DNA from: Bacteriovoracaceae bacterium
GTDB taxonomy: Bacteria > Bdellovibrionota > Bacteriovoracia > Bacteriovoracales > Bacteriovoracaceae
DNA length: 64,000 bases
Assembly: GCA_041586955.1 (NCBI GenBank)
Contig: JBFGZE010000001.1
Coordinates: 32,001 to 96,000 of the forward strand
Reading direction: 5' to 3'
Shown here: one piece after another, positions 29,489-38,697 of the stretch
How the letters are laid out: the number at the start of each line of letters is the position of its first letter
Position numbering within the stretch: the first letter of the stretch is position 1
Made by a program: the position numbers and the translations under genes
Notes under the pieces: model-generated
The model's input: only the letters and a program-made list of their open reading frames with translations
The model's database searches: none
What the model was told of the DNA's origin: nothing

Positions 29489-29806
29489 CTCTTTGATGGC
29501 ATTTAATGGATTAATGGGCCTTTCCCAATAATAATTTAAAAAAGGTGGTTTTTCCTCCGTACCGCAATAAATCACAGAAATCTGCGTACCTTCAATCACT
29601 TCCTGCCACCTCTCTTTATCCTTGAGCGAGAGAGGCAGCCAATATAATTGATCCATTAGGAGAACCTGGGGGGCGACATCCTTCATTAGCTCTAGCGCAT
29701 CATCCTGACTGTCCAAGGTGTAGATTTCAACTTGAAAATGCTTAGAGGCCATTTCAAACGCCTGGCGGAAGGCCTTTTCCGGGGAGATGAGTCCAATCTG
29801 AATCAC
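29462..29806 (-). CDS. Degenerate single-domain receiver (CheY-like) protein
   Basis: DDALELM...PQVLLMD; ERPI in place of the usual KP. Confidence 0.55.
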   Translation of the reverse strand: MIQIGLISPEKAFRQAFEMASKHFQVEIYTLDSQDDALELMKDVAPQVLLMDQLYWLPLSLKDKERWQEVIEGTQISVIYCGTEEKPPFLNYYWERPINPLNAIKELMEKGLVR

Positions 29807-29858
29807 GTGAATTGTCCTTGTAATATTGATCTATTGAACCTAAAAATAGATATGATAA

Positions 29859-30134
29859 ATGTCAACTGGAGTCTCTATGCAAGATGTAATTGAAGTTCTT
29901 GACTCCGAGGGTCAAATCTTATTTACGTGTTCCTTATCACAGCGTGATAGGGCCTTTGATTACGCTCGGGAAATGGAAGAGATGGGAATCGAGGTCGCTA
30001 TTCGTGAACCAGGGCTGGTCGAAAGTCTAGGAATTTCTTTAGGTATGGCGCCACATGACCGACAAGCTCTTAAAGACTCATTAGAAAAAGAAATTCAATC
30101 TCACGATTATGGGTGCTGCCTAAAGGACTCCTAG
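29859..30134 (+). CDS. Hypothetical protein
   Basis: 91-aa acidic ORF ending in GCC; fills the gap. Confidence 0.7.
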   Translation: MSTGVSMQDVIEVLDSEGQILFTCSLSQRDRAFDYAREMEEMGIEVAIREPGLVESLGISLGMAPHDRQALKDSLEKEIQSHDYGCCLKDS

Positions 30135-30463
30135 CTTTGGAATTCTTAGAAAACGTCATTCAAAAAATAAAGGCCAGAATTAAAAGCGATCTTTTTATCG
30201 TTAAGGAAGCCCTCGCCAAAGAAACTGATGAAACCAAAGAAATGATTATTACCTATATGAAGTTTTCACAAGGCAAGGCCTCAAAGAAAGAAATGAAATT
30301 GGCCAATAAGCAATTTCAAAGTTTTCTTAAAACCATTGGCCTTGGAACTTTGGCCGTTCTTCCCTTGGCCCCTTTTACTATTCCTCTGATTGTAAAGCTA
30401 GGTCGCCATTTTGGCATTGATATTATTCCCAATAGTTTTAAAAGGCCCTCGAAGGAATTATAA
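30113..30463 (+). CDS. Small LETM1-like membrane-associated protein
   Basis: ANKQF..FLKTIGLG.LAVLP.AP.TIP pattern. Start uncertain. Confidence 0.6.
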   Translation: MLPKGLLALEFLENVIQKIKARIKSDLFIVKEALAKETDETKEMIITYMKFSQGKASKKEMKLANKQFQSFLKTIGLGTLAVLPLAPFTIPLIVKLGRHFGIDIIPNSFKRPSKEL

Positions 30464-30945
30464 TGGAACAGCAAGGACTCAAAAAGACTCAAGTGACGGC
30501 CGCTCCTGGTTCACGGCTTAACCGCTTTATCGCCGCCATTATCGATAGTATTATCATTTCAATTCTCTCCCTTCCTGTGACCATGATCAGCAACCAGGTA
30601 ACGAACCAAAGCGATTTAATTGCAATTCCTCATAATTTTGAAACGATGCTCCCGATGATTTTAATTATTAGCATTACCTTTGCTCTTGGTCTGCTTATTG
30701 GACTCCTCTATTATGGTTATTATTACACTAAAAGTGGCCAAACAATTGGAAAGAGAGTCATGGGACTACAAGTTGTTAATGCCGATAGTGGAGAACTCCT
30801 TACCTGGAACGAAGTCATTCTCAGAGAATCTCTTGGTAAAACAGTCTCGATAATTCTGTTAATTGGTTATTTTATGATTTTACTTCGCCAAGATAGGCGT
30901 GCCCTTCATGATCTTATTGGCAACTCAATCGTTATAGATAAATAG
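30463..30945 (+). CDS. RDD family membrane protein
   Basis: RFIAAIID, GQTIGKRVMGL, RRALHDLI. Confidence 0.9.
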   Translation: MEQQGLKKTQVTAAPGSRLNRFIAAIIDSIIISILSLPVTMISNQVTNQSDLIAIPHNFETMLPMILIISITFALGLLIGLLYYGYYYTKSGQTIGKRVMGLQVVNADSGELLTWNEVILRESLGKTVSIILLIGYFMILLRQDRRALHDLIGNSIVIDK

Positions 30946-31039
30946 CCCTTTTTCCAACATTCATGTAAATCGCCATTGATTCTAGTGAGATATTTTTATA
31001 CTGTGTAGCGGGTAACCTTCAACATGGGGGAATTGTGCA

Positions 31040-32065
31040 ATGAAAAATAAATTTCTTGCCATCCTTTCTGCTCTTTTTATTTTTCCCCATACCTTTGCTA
31101 AAACGTACAATGTTGCAGCGCTCTATTGGAGTATGGAAATTCGCGGTCAAGTGGCGATGAGGTTTGGCCTTGAAGAAATGGCCAAAAATATCAATAAAAA
31201 GGGGCCTGATCAAATCAAGCTCCTCCATTACGTGGCCGGGGATGGGGTCGATGGGATAAGAAACCAAATCAAGCAAATGAAAGAGGCCGTTGATAAAAAG
31301 GTCGACCTTATTATTCTTCAACCTACTGATAGTGCCGCTCTTTCGTCCTCAGTACTCTACGCCAATAAAAAGAAAATACCAGTTATTGCTTATGACCAAT
31401 ATGTCGTTGAAGGAAAAATTGAAGGCTATGTCACCTCCAATAATTTCCAAGCGGGTTATCTCAATGGTGAATATATAGCGAGTCAATACAAAAGCTCATA
31501 CCCGATTCGTATTATTCTTGTTGATTATCCCAAAGTATCTTCGACTATCGAGAGAGTGAATGGATTTTTTCAAGCACTCAAGGATAATAAACAAAGCTAT
31601 AAAGTTATAGCTAATTATCAGGCGGTAGAACCCCTCGCTGGTAAACTTGTCGGGAAAAAAATAATTCGTCATTTCCCTCGAAAAGGAAGTGTCGATGTCA
31701 TTTTTACTGTTAATGATGGAGGTGGACTAGCGGTTGTGAAGGTTATTCAAGAAGCAGGTCGTCATGAGATTAAAGTCGCCACCATTGATGGCGATCCTCT
31801 TTCCATTAAAAACATTACCCAATCAAAAAATACAGTTATCAACAGTGCCCAATTCTGTGCAGAAATAGGTCGCCAAAGCATGCGATTAGGGTACGAATTT
31901 CTTCAAGGTAAAAAGATACCCCGAAAATTATTAGTTCCAACTTTCCCAGTGACCAAAGAATCCATTTCATTTTACCCAGGCTGGAAAGGATCGGTTCCAA
32001 AATCATATCAAAAAGTATGGCTTAATAATAAGCTCTGGAAGAATGATTTTGTTGAAGTATTTTAA
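31040..32065 (+). CDS. Sugar-type (RbsB-like) periplasmic binding protein
   Basis: Signal peptide; VDLIILQP, IPVIAYD, VTSNN..AG, ERVNGF, ND, IDG. Confidence 0.85.
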   Translation: MKNKFLAILSALFIFPHTFAKTYNVAALYWSMEIRGQVAMRFGLEEMAKNINKKGPDQIKLLHYVAGDGVDGIRNQIKQMKEAVDKKVDLIILQPTDSAALSSSVLYANKKKIPVIAYDQYVVEGKIEGYVTSNNFQAGYLNGEYIASQYKSSYPIRIILVDYPKVSSTIERVNGFFQALKDNKQSYKVIANYQAVEPLAGKLVGKKIIRHFPRKGSVDVIFTVNDGGGLAVVKVIQEAGRHEIKVATIDGDPLSIKNITQSKNTVINSAQFCAEIGRQSMRLGYEFLQGKKIPRKLLVPTFPVTKESISFYPGWKGSVPKSYQKVWLNNKLWKNDFVEVF

Positions 32066-32855
32066 AAGTCTTTTATGGACTATAACCTTATTGCTTTTGT
32101 TTGTTAAACCAATGAATGCACGAGTGGTCAAAATTGGGGTGGAAGATCTTTGCCCTTATTTTTGTAAAACAGCGCCCCAAAATGGCTATATCATCGACCT
32201 TATAAAATTATTTTTTTCTGAGCAAAAAATTGAGGCCGAATTTCATTTTGTCCCCTTTGGCCGCCTATCATTTCTGCTAAAGGCCGGCCAACTCGATTAT
32301 GTTATCCTACCAGAATACGAGATACGTTTCGATCCTGACCTTCTCAGCTTTGGCCCTTCTCTTGGTGTCAGTTTTATTGGTATTGCGCGCCCAGAAGGCC
32401 CCAATGCCGAAGAAGCGGAATCACTATATTCTATCAGTGATATCACCTCTCACCGATCAACCATTCCAAGCCGAGGGCATAAATACCAAAATATAAAAGT
32501 TCATTATGAGTTGGAGCAGTATGGCCATAACTTATTAGTTATTTCAGGTGAAAAAATTAGTGAACGCCAATTAACTCTTCTCACCCTTAATCGCGCCGAA
32601 TTGGCCATTGGTGATTATAATATTTTTAAATACCTTATCAAAAAAAATGATTATAAGAGAAAAATTCATCTCACTCCGACCTCGCTTGGAGGGTTTAATT
32701 CATTTCGAATGGCGGGACCGATAAATCAAGAAAAAAAAATCGTTACCGTTAGTGAAAATATGTGGACCTTTTTTAAAACGCTAAGGCGAACTAAGCAACT
32801 TAACGTTTTTCTTAATTCCTATGAGCTTCAGGATTGGGAACATTACTTGCCCTAA
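32043..32855 (+). CDS. Family-3-like periplasmic binding protein
   Basis: Signal peptide; CPY...GYIIDL, PFGR...LKAGQLD, L.LNRAE. Confidence 0.7.
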   Translation: MILLKYFKSLLWTITLLLLFVKPMNARVVKIGVEDLCPYFCKTAPQNGYIIDLIKLFFSEQKIEAEFHFVPFGRLSFLLKAGQLDYVILPEYEIRFDPDLLSFGPSLGVSFIGIARPEGPNAEEAESLYSISDITSHRSTIPSRGHKYQNIKVHYELEQYGHNLLVISGEKISERQLTLLTLNRAELAIGDYNIFKYLIKKNDYKRKIHLTPTSLGGFNSFRMAGPINQEKKIVTVSENMWTFFKTLRRTKQLNVFLNSYELQDWEHYLP

Positions 32856-33081
32856 TTGAGCGAATATGCCTATAGCGAGCTTTCAAAAAGTCGACTAAGA
32901 GACCGTCTGACACCGGCACGACAAAACAAATTCAGGTAAACTTTTCAATGAGTCCCAGGCGTATTGCGACGCGCAACCTGTTCATGTATAACCTTGTCGT
33001 TAATTAAGCAAAAATTGATGAATACAGATTCATTAAAAAACAAGTACTTAGTCGTGAATGTACTCAAAAAGGATGTTAATT

Positions 33082-33372
33082 ATGAAAGAATTATTATTCA
33101 CCCTTTTAATTTTACAGTCTATTCCCTCTTTCGCGGAATCAACATACAGCACACATTGCTCCTGCCAGGTGGTCAAAGACTATATCATCAAAACCCAAGA
33201 CTATGTCTCAGGCTCTTCTGTTGCTCCTAACATTCTTCTTGGCCAAACTCGGTCACAATATCAAATTAAAAAAAAGTGTTTGAAAAATCTTGAAATGAAT
33301 TCAGAGGATGCACGAAAAATAAAACAAGTTTTACTTTATAATTGCTCCAGACCAACACTCATTAATCAATAA
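33082..33372 (+). CDS. Small secreted Cys-containing protein
   Basis: AAGGA SD; signal peptide MKELLFTLLILQSIPSFA; four Cys. Confidence 0.65.
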   Translation: MKELLFTLLILQSIPSFAESTYSTHCSCQVVKDYIIKTQDYVSGSSVAPNILLGQTRSQYQIKKKCLKNLEMNSEDARKIKQVLLYNCSRPTLINQ

Positions 33373-33519
33373 TATAGGTCATAAAAAAGGGTTGTGATTG
33401 CATTGCCCACGATAGAGAAATAGATCTATTTTGCTCTTGAACCGCTGGCCCTCACTCAGATGCTTAGGCATTTGTTGCACTCGTTATAAACCCTACCCCA
33501 GTCCCTCGGTATCATATAC

Positions 33520-33549
33520 AAAAAAGGCCTCGAATAAATCGAGGCCTTT
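33520..33549 (-). terminator. rpsA intrinsic terminator
   Basis: AAAGGCCTCGA/TCGAGGCCTTT stem with a T run on the minus strand. Confidence 0.85.
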
Positions 33550-33575
33550 GGTATTCAATAAAATTTTAGTGATGA

Positions 33576-35309
33576 TTACTCATCTTGTCCTAAAGTAAAA
33601 CCTTTAAGCTTATCACCTAAAGTCGCTGTTTTAACTTCAGAAGAAGCAGCGCCACCCATATCCGCATTAGCAGCAGACTTCATGGAAAGAGCAATTTTCT
33701 TCGCTTCTTTGTCTAAGCTAATAACCATCGCCTTAGGAGTGTCGCCTTTTTTAACAACATCTTCAGGTTTTTCAACTCTTTCTTCAGAAAGTTCAGAAAT
33801 ATGGATCAAGCCTTCAATGCCTGTTTCAAGCTCTACAAATGCACCAAAATCGGTAACACGAACAACTTCGGCCTCAACAATTGTGCCAACAGGAAGTCTT
33901 TCTTCAATTTTCTTCCAAGGATCTTCAGCAAGTTGCTTAATTCCAAGGCAGAATTTTTGGTTTTCTTTATCAACAGAAAGAACCATTGCTTCAATTTCTT
34001 GGCCTTCAGTGTAGGCTTCAGCAACATTAACGTTCTTTTTAGTCCAAGAAAGGTCAGAAACGTGAATAAGAGCATCAACGTCTTCACCAAGATCAACAAA
34101 TACACCAAATTCAACTAGAGACTTAACTTTACCGGTAATTTTCTTGCCAATGGGGTACTTATTCACAAGATCATCCCAAGGGTTTGGTTGTAATTGCTTA
34201 ACACCAAGAGAGATTCTCTTATTTTCGATATCCACATCAAGAACCTGAGCTTCAACTTTCTCACCAACATTAAAGTGCTTAGTTGGGTTCTTAATTTTAT
34301 TTGTCCAGCTCATTTCACTTACGTGAATAAGGCCTTCGATACCGTCGTCAAGTTCGATAAATACACCGTAATCTTTAACAGATACGATCTCACCTGAAAC
34401 TTTATTTCCTGCTTGATATTTTTCTTGAGCAGCTTCCCAAGGATTGGGTTGAACCTGCTTAAGGCCAAGAGAAACTCTTTCTTTTTCAACATCAAACTTA
34501 AGAATTTTAACTTCAATTTCATCGCCCATATTAAGGAGATTAGAAGGATGCTTAACACGACCCCAAGACATATCAGTGATATGAAGAAGGCCATCGATAC
34601 CGCCAAGGTCAATAAATGCACCGTAATCAGTGATGTTTTTAACAATACCTTTTACGATCATACCTTCTTGAATTTGCTCAAGAATTTCGCTTCTTAACTT
34701 GCCTCTTTCCTCTTGGAGGATGGCACGGCGAGAAAGAACGATGTTTCCTCTTTTCTTATTAAACTTGATAACTTTGAACTCCATCTTCTTACCGATGTAC
34801 TTATCAAGGAAACGAGTTGGACGAAGATCAATCTGAGATCCTGGAAGGAAGGCCTTAACACCAATATCAACAGAGAGGCCACCTTTAACTTTGGCGACAA
34901 CTGTTCCTTCGAGTGGAGTACCTTTCTCGCAAGCTTCAGAAATTTTATCCCAAGCTTTTAAGATTTCAGCTTTGTCCTTAGAAAGAACAAGGTTACCAAG
35001 AGAAGATTCAAGTTTATCAAGATAAACTTCAATATTATCACCTTGGTTGATTTTTAGAGTTCCATCATAATTAAGGAATTCTTTTGTAGAAACAAGACCT
35101 TCTTGCTTATACCCAATGTCAACGAGAACGTAATCAGGACCAATGGTAACAACATTACCTTGATACACTTCACCTTCTTGGAAGTTCATGCCACGAGTCT
35201 CCTTCAACATTTTTGAGAACTCTGTGACTTCTTGAGTTTCAACATCTTCACCGAAGACAACTTCAAACCCGTCCATCCATTTTTGCTTTACGCTAGTTTC
35301 TGTAGTCAT
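33576..35309 (-). CDS. rpsA: 30S ribosomal protein S1
   Basis: Six S1 repeats (e.g. DYGAFIDLGGIDGLLHITDMSW). Confidence 0.98.
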   Translation of the reverse strand: MTTETSVKQKWMDGFEVVFGEDVETQEVTEFSKMLKETRGMNFQEGEVYQGNVVTIGPDYVLVDIGYKQEGLVSTKEFLNYDGTLKINQGDNIEVYLDKLESSLGNLVLSKDKAEILKAWDKISEACEKGTPLEGTVVAKVKGGLSVDIGVKAFLPGSQIDLRPTRFLDKYIGKKMEFKVIKFNKKRGNIVLSRRAILQEERGKLRSEILEQIQEGMIVKGIVKNITDYGAFIDLGGIDGLLHITDMSWGRVKHPSNLLNMGDEIEVKILKFDVEKERVSLGLKQVQPNPWEAAQEKYQAGNKVSGEIVSVKDYGVFIELDDGIEGLIHVSEMSWTNKIKNPTKHFNVGEKVEAQVLDVDIENKRISLGVKQLQPNPWDDLVNKYPIGKKITGKVKSLVEFGVFVDLGEDVDALIHVSDLSWTKKNVNVAEAYTEGQEIEAMVLSVDKENQKFCLGIKQLAEDPWKKIEERLPVGTIVEAEVVRVTDFGAFVELETGIEGLIHISELSEERVEKPEDVVKKGDTPKAMVISLDKEAKKIALSMKSAANADMGGAASSEVKTATLGDKLKGFTLGQDE

Positions 35310-35455
35310 ATAACACCTCTTTTGGTCACTCGACTAGTAAATGACCAAGATTTGATTTTCCCCGTAAAACGGGGGCCTAAACCTCGCTACTGCGAGCATT
35401 TAAACTATTTGGGCCGGATATTACCGCATAGCGAACTTATTGTACAGAGTTAAGG

Positions 35456-36586
35456 CTAGGACTTGGAAAAAACTCGTTTACGACGACGAAGGGCCTTTTC
35501 ATAAATATCATTGAGCCTCTGGGTATAGCTGCGGCCGCCAAAAGTCTCCCAAAGAGTTTTTGATTTGCGGTTTAAATTCTCTTGGTATTTTTCTAGATCA
35601 TTTAATATTTTTAAGTATTTAACACTCAACTCACGAGAGTCATGGCGATTATAGGTCTCCCCAACTTTTCCCCACTCACTCATAAAAGATTGAATCGCCA
35701 ATGAGCGCGGCAAGATAAGAGGAACTTGCCGCAAAAGCATCCAGACCCCATGGTCTGGCAAGAGGTCATCCTGGGGGAGAACAATCCATATATTGGAATC
35801 AATATGCGAAAATTCCGCCGGCCCAATACTTTTAAACTCAACAAAGTTCTGTATTTCTAAAGAGTTAAGTTCTTTAGAGAGTGGATCCAATAAAAGTGAT
35901 TCACTCCAAGGTTTTTCCAAATAGAGGTGTAATTGTAGACCTTCGGGAATATTTTCAGAAAGAGAAATATGCTTGAAGGCCAGAAGAATGGGCCTAATGG
36001 CCTCAATATCCCGGGCCTCTCGCTTAATAAGGGTTCCAAAAACTTTTCCCTTGCGCGCCATTTTTTGATCTTTATCAGGAGCAAATCCCATGCCCACCAC
36101 ATCAATCTTAGTCGGATGAATAGGAAAACGCTGACGAATATTGGCCTTAATCTGCTGCTGTGATAGCGCTAAGGCATCGAGCCTTTTTCCCAAAATCTTA
36201 TGCCAGGGACGAAAATAATAATGCTCAAGTGGGTTAGAGACAGACAATACAAGCCCTGGTTTTTCTTTACGTTGCAAACGAACAGAAACCGGCCAAAAAG
36301 CACTAAATTGATAGACATGAACAAGGTCAATACTACCATCATTCATTAATCGCTTAAGAGAGGAAGATAAACCCAATCCTCCAAATGTCCTTTTAAAAGT
36401 ACCGCAGTGAAAATATTTATCTATATTTAAGTCTTTAGTCATTAAATCCATGACGGAGTCACGATAACAATAAAGCTGAACATCATGGCCAGACTCAATG
36501 GCCATACGAATATCGAAAAATAAAATGCGCTCAATCGTTCTCCATTCATTTCCAAAATGAACGAAGAGAATTTTATACTGGCTCAT
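35456..36586 (-). CDS. GT-B (GT4-like) glycosyltransferase, divergent
   Basis: KILFVH, GHDV.L, IDLVHV; last gene of the lipid A operon. Confidence 0.65.
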   Translation of the reverse strand: MSQYKILFVHFGNEWRTIERILFFDIRMAIESGHDVQLYCYRDSVMDLMTKDLNIDKYFHCGTFKRTFGGLGLSSSLKRLMNDGSIDLVHVYQFSAFWPVSVRLQRKEKPGLVLSVSNPLEHYYFRPWHKILGKRLDALALSQQQIKANIRQRFPIHPTKIDVVGMGFAPDKDQKMARKGKVFGTLIKREARDIEAIRPILLAFKHISLSENIPEGLQLHLYLEKPWSESLLLDPLSKELNSLEIQNFVEFKSIGPAEFSHIDSNIWIVLPQDDLLPDHGVWMLLRQVPLILPRSLAIQSFMSEWGKVGETYNRHDSRELSVKYLKILNDLEKYQENLNRKSKTLWETFGGRSYTQRLNDIYEKALRRRKRVFSKS

Positions 36587-37654
36587 TTAGCGACCTGAGT
36601 TATATTCAACAAGCTCCCCTTGAATAGAGCCGATTTTTACTTTCGCTTCAAATTTTAGGAGACGATGATTGGAATCAGCTGAATACCAAAAACTGATATC
36701 TCCCTTTTTCTTAAGAACCCCAGGGAAGTGGGTTTCCGCCTTAACTTTTATGGCATTGACCCATTTTCCAAGAACTTTAATTTCTTCAAATTTGTCGGCC
36801 CGTCCTTTTAAAATCCAAATTTTCCCTCGAGTCACGACAGGAAACTCGAATGTATCCCCAATGATTAAAGGGAGCCCTCTGACAAAGAAAAGGGCCGAAA
36901 AAGAGTCTTGAAAATAACGAGGAATAAATTTTTCTTTTTCATATTGTTTTAATTTTCCCTTTTTCATTCTTCTATACCAAACAAAAGTTTTAAGGCGTTC
37001 CTGATCAAAGACCTGAAGATCATTTACATCCTGATTACTTTCTTTTTGCTTGAGGATATATTTAATAGGAATAAAATTATCGATATTTAAGTAACTTTCG
37101 ACAGTATCATCTAGTTCGTAAATATAGCTATAATACTTAGATGATTGTAAGCGTCCCTTCATATGATAAGCAAAGCTCCCGCCTTCCAATTGTTTTTTTT
37201 GTGCGCGTATTTGAATATGACCTGCCTGCAATCCCATAAAAGACAATTCAAATACATGCTTCTCATTTTCAATAATGATGGGATTAAAGTCCTTCCAAAA
37301 GGTCGCTGACTTCTTATCATAACCCTTATAAGCTTCAGGATAATCGACAGGATAAAGACTTTTTTCTTCCTCAACCTTTAATGATGACTCGGTCAGCGGC
37401 TTTTTTTCTTCCACCACAGAAACAGGAGATTTTTTCTGAGTGGCAGAAAAAGTGCGTTTCTTCTCGCGTACCCGTTTCTTCTTTTTGGATTGAGTTTTTT
37501 TGCCAGATAAAATATCTTCAATTTTACGATCTTTAATCTTAAAGACTTGGATAGCGTCGGACTTCTCTTCTTTTTCCTCAAAAAGAACTGCTTCTTTTGT
37601 CGCACAAGTTGAGAAAGTGAAAAGAACCAATAAACCTAGAGCAAGTTTTAACAA
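36587..37654 (-). CDS. DUF3108-like lipoprotein
   Basis: Lipobox FSTC; QDSFSALFFVRGLPL, FWYSAD, KVKIGSI. Confidence 0.7.
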   Translation of the reverse strand: MLKLALGLLVLFTFSTCATKEAVLFEEKEEKSDAIQVFKIKDRKIEDILSGKKTQSKKKKRVREKKRTFSATQKKSPVSVVEEKKPLTESSLKVEEEKSLYPVDYPEAYKGYDKKSATFWKDFNPIIIENEKHVFELSFMGLQAGHIQIRAQKKQLEGGSFAYHMKGRLQSSKYYSYIYELDDTVESYLNIDNFIPIKYILKQKESNQDVNDLQVFDQERLKTFVWYRRMKKGKLKQYEKEKFIPRYFQDSFSALFFVRGLPLIIGDTFEFPVVTRGKIWILKGRADKFEEIKVLGKWVNAIKVKAETHFPGVLKKKGDISFWYSADSNHRLLKFEAKVKIGSIQGELVEYNSGR

Positions 37655-38697
37655 ATAATACCTCTGATCATCTTTTCCAATACATCCCTATCCTTGGGAA
37701 AATCGACTGCAATTTCCACAAAGCTCAACCGCGGGGAAGAAGTTAAACGCCTTAGTTTAACCATATCTTTTTCGGTTGCTACGATCAAGGCATCCTCTTT
37801 TTCCGCCAGCTCTAATATTGGACTTAAGTCCCTAATTTTAAAATCATAGTGATCGGGAAAGGTATAGGTATTGATGACCTTCGCTTCTAAGTTATTGAGC
37901 ATTTTAAAGAAAGAGTTTGGGGAGGCTATTCCGGCGAGGGCAATAACCTTTTTCCCCTTTAATCCTTCGATAGGCATGAGAATCTCCGAATTCTGATTTC
38001 TCACACTAACAGGCCGGTAGCCCATATGGATAATAGGGACGCCTTTTTTCAAATAGGGAGCAATAGTTCGTTCCAATTCAATCAAGTTTGAATTGGAGGC
38101 CATATCTGCACGCCCTAAAATGATGATATCGGCGTCTTTCAGGGCCGAAAGGCCTTCTCTTAAATAACCCATGGGGGCCACTTTTAAACTATTTAGAGGT
38201 AAAAGTGCATCAAAAAGAACGATATTCATTTGTCGATGAACCGCCAAATGTTGATGGCCATCATCAAGTACTACCAAGTCGGGTTGACTGCGATCAAAAT
38301 AAAAATCCAAATTCAAGGCACGGTTTTTACCAACTACGACAGAGCAATTTTTCAAACGACGTGCCAATAAAATAGGCTCATCGCCAAATTTAATAGGATT
38401 AAGTCCCATTTTTTTATTGGCCTCCAAGATACCATGTCCATGCTCAAGTTTACCTTTATAACCCCTCATCAAAATAAGCACTTTCTTATCAAAAGTTTGC
38501 GCAAATTCAGATAACCAAAGAGTGAAAGGTGTCTTGCCCGTACCACCAAAGGTAATATTTCCGACAGAAATAATTGGGACATAAAACTTATGTTGCTTAA
38601 AAAAGCCATAATTATAGGCAAACCGACGAATTTGATAAACGAACGACCAAATAAGGCTTAGAGGATATAAAAAAATATTTAATAGACCTCTTAACAT
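37648..38697 (-). CDS. lpxK: Tetraacyldisaccharide 4'-kinase
   Basis: SVGNITFGGTGKTP, RGY, GDEP, LDDGHQH, FPDHY, TEKD.VK. Confidence 0.95.
   Translation of the reverse strand: MLRGLLNIFLYPLSLIWSFVYQIRRFAYNYGFFKQHKFYVPIISVGNITFGGTGKTPFTLWLSEFAQTFDKKVLILMRGYKGKLEHGHGILEANKKMGLNPIKFGDEPILLARRLKNCSVVVGKNRALNLDFYFDRSQPDLVVLDDGHQHLAVHRQMNIVLFDALLPLNSLKVAPMGYLREGLSALKDADIIILGRADMASNSNLIELERTIAPYLKKGVPIIHMGYRPVSVRNQNSEILMPIEGLKGKKVIALAGIASPNSFFKMLNNLEAKVINTYTFPDHYDFKIRDLSPILELAEKEDALIVATEKDMVKLRRLTSSPRLSFVEIAVDFPKDRDVLEKMIRGIIC

Noticed and set aside
33385..33510. 6S RNA (contains CTTGAACC)
   Set aside because: Too short, and I cannot see the central-bubble architecture; kept only as an unnamed structured element.
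33682..35453. Many alternative-frame and antisense ORFs over rpsA (also over rho, prfA, flhA)
   Set aside because: Shadow ORFs expected from codon bias in conserved genes.
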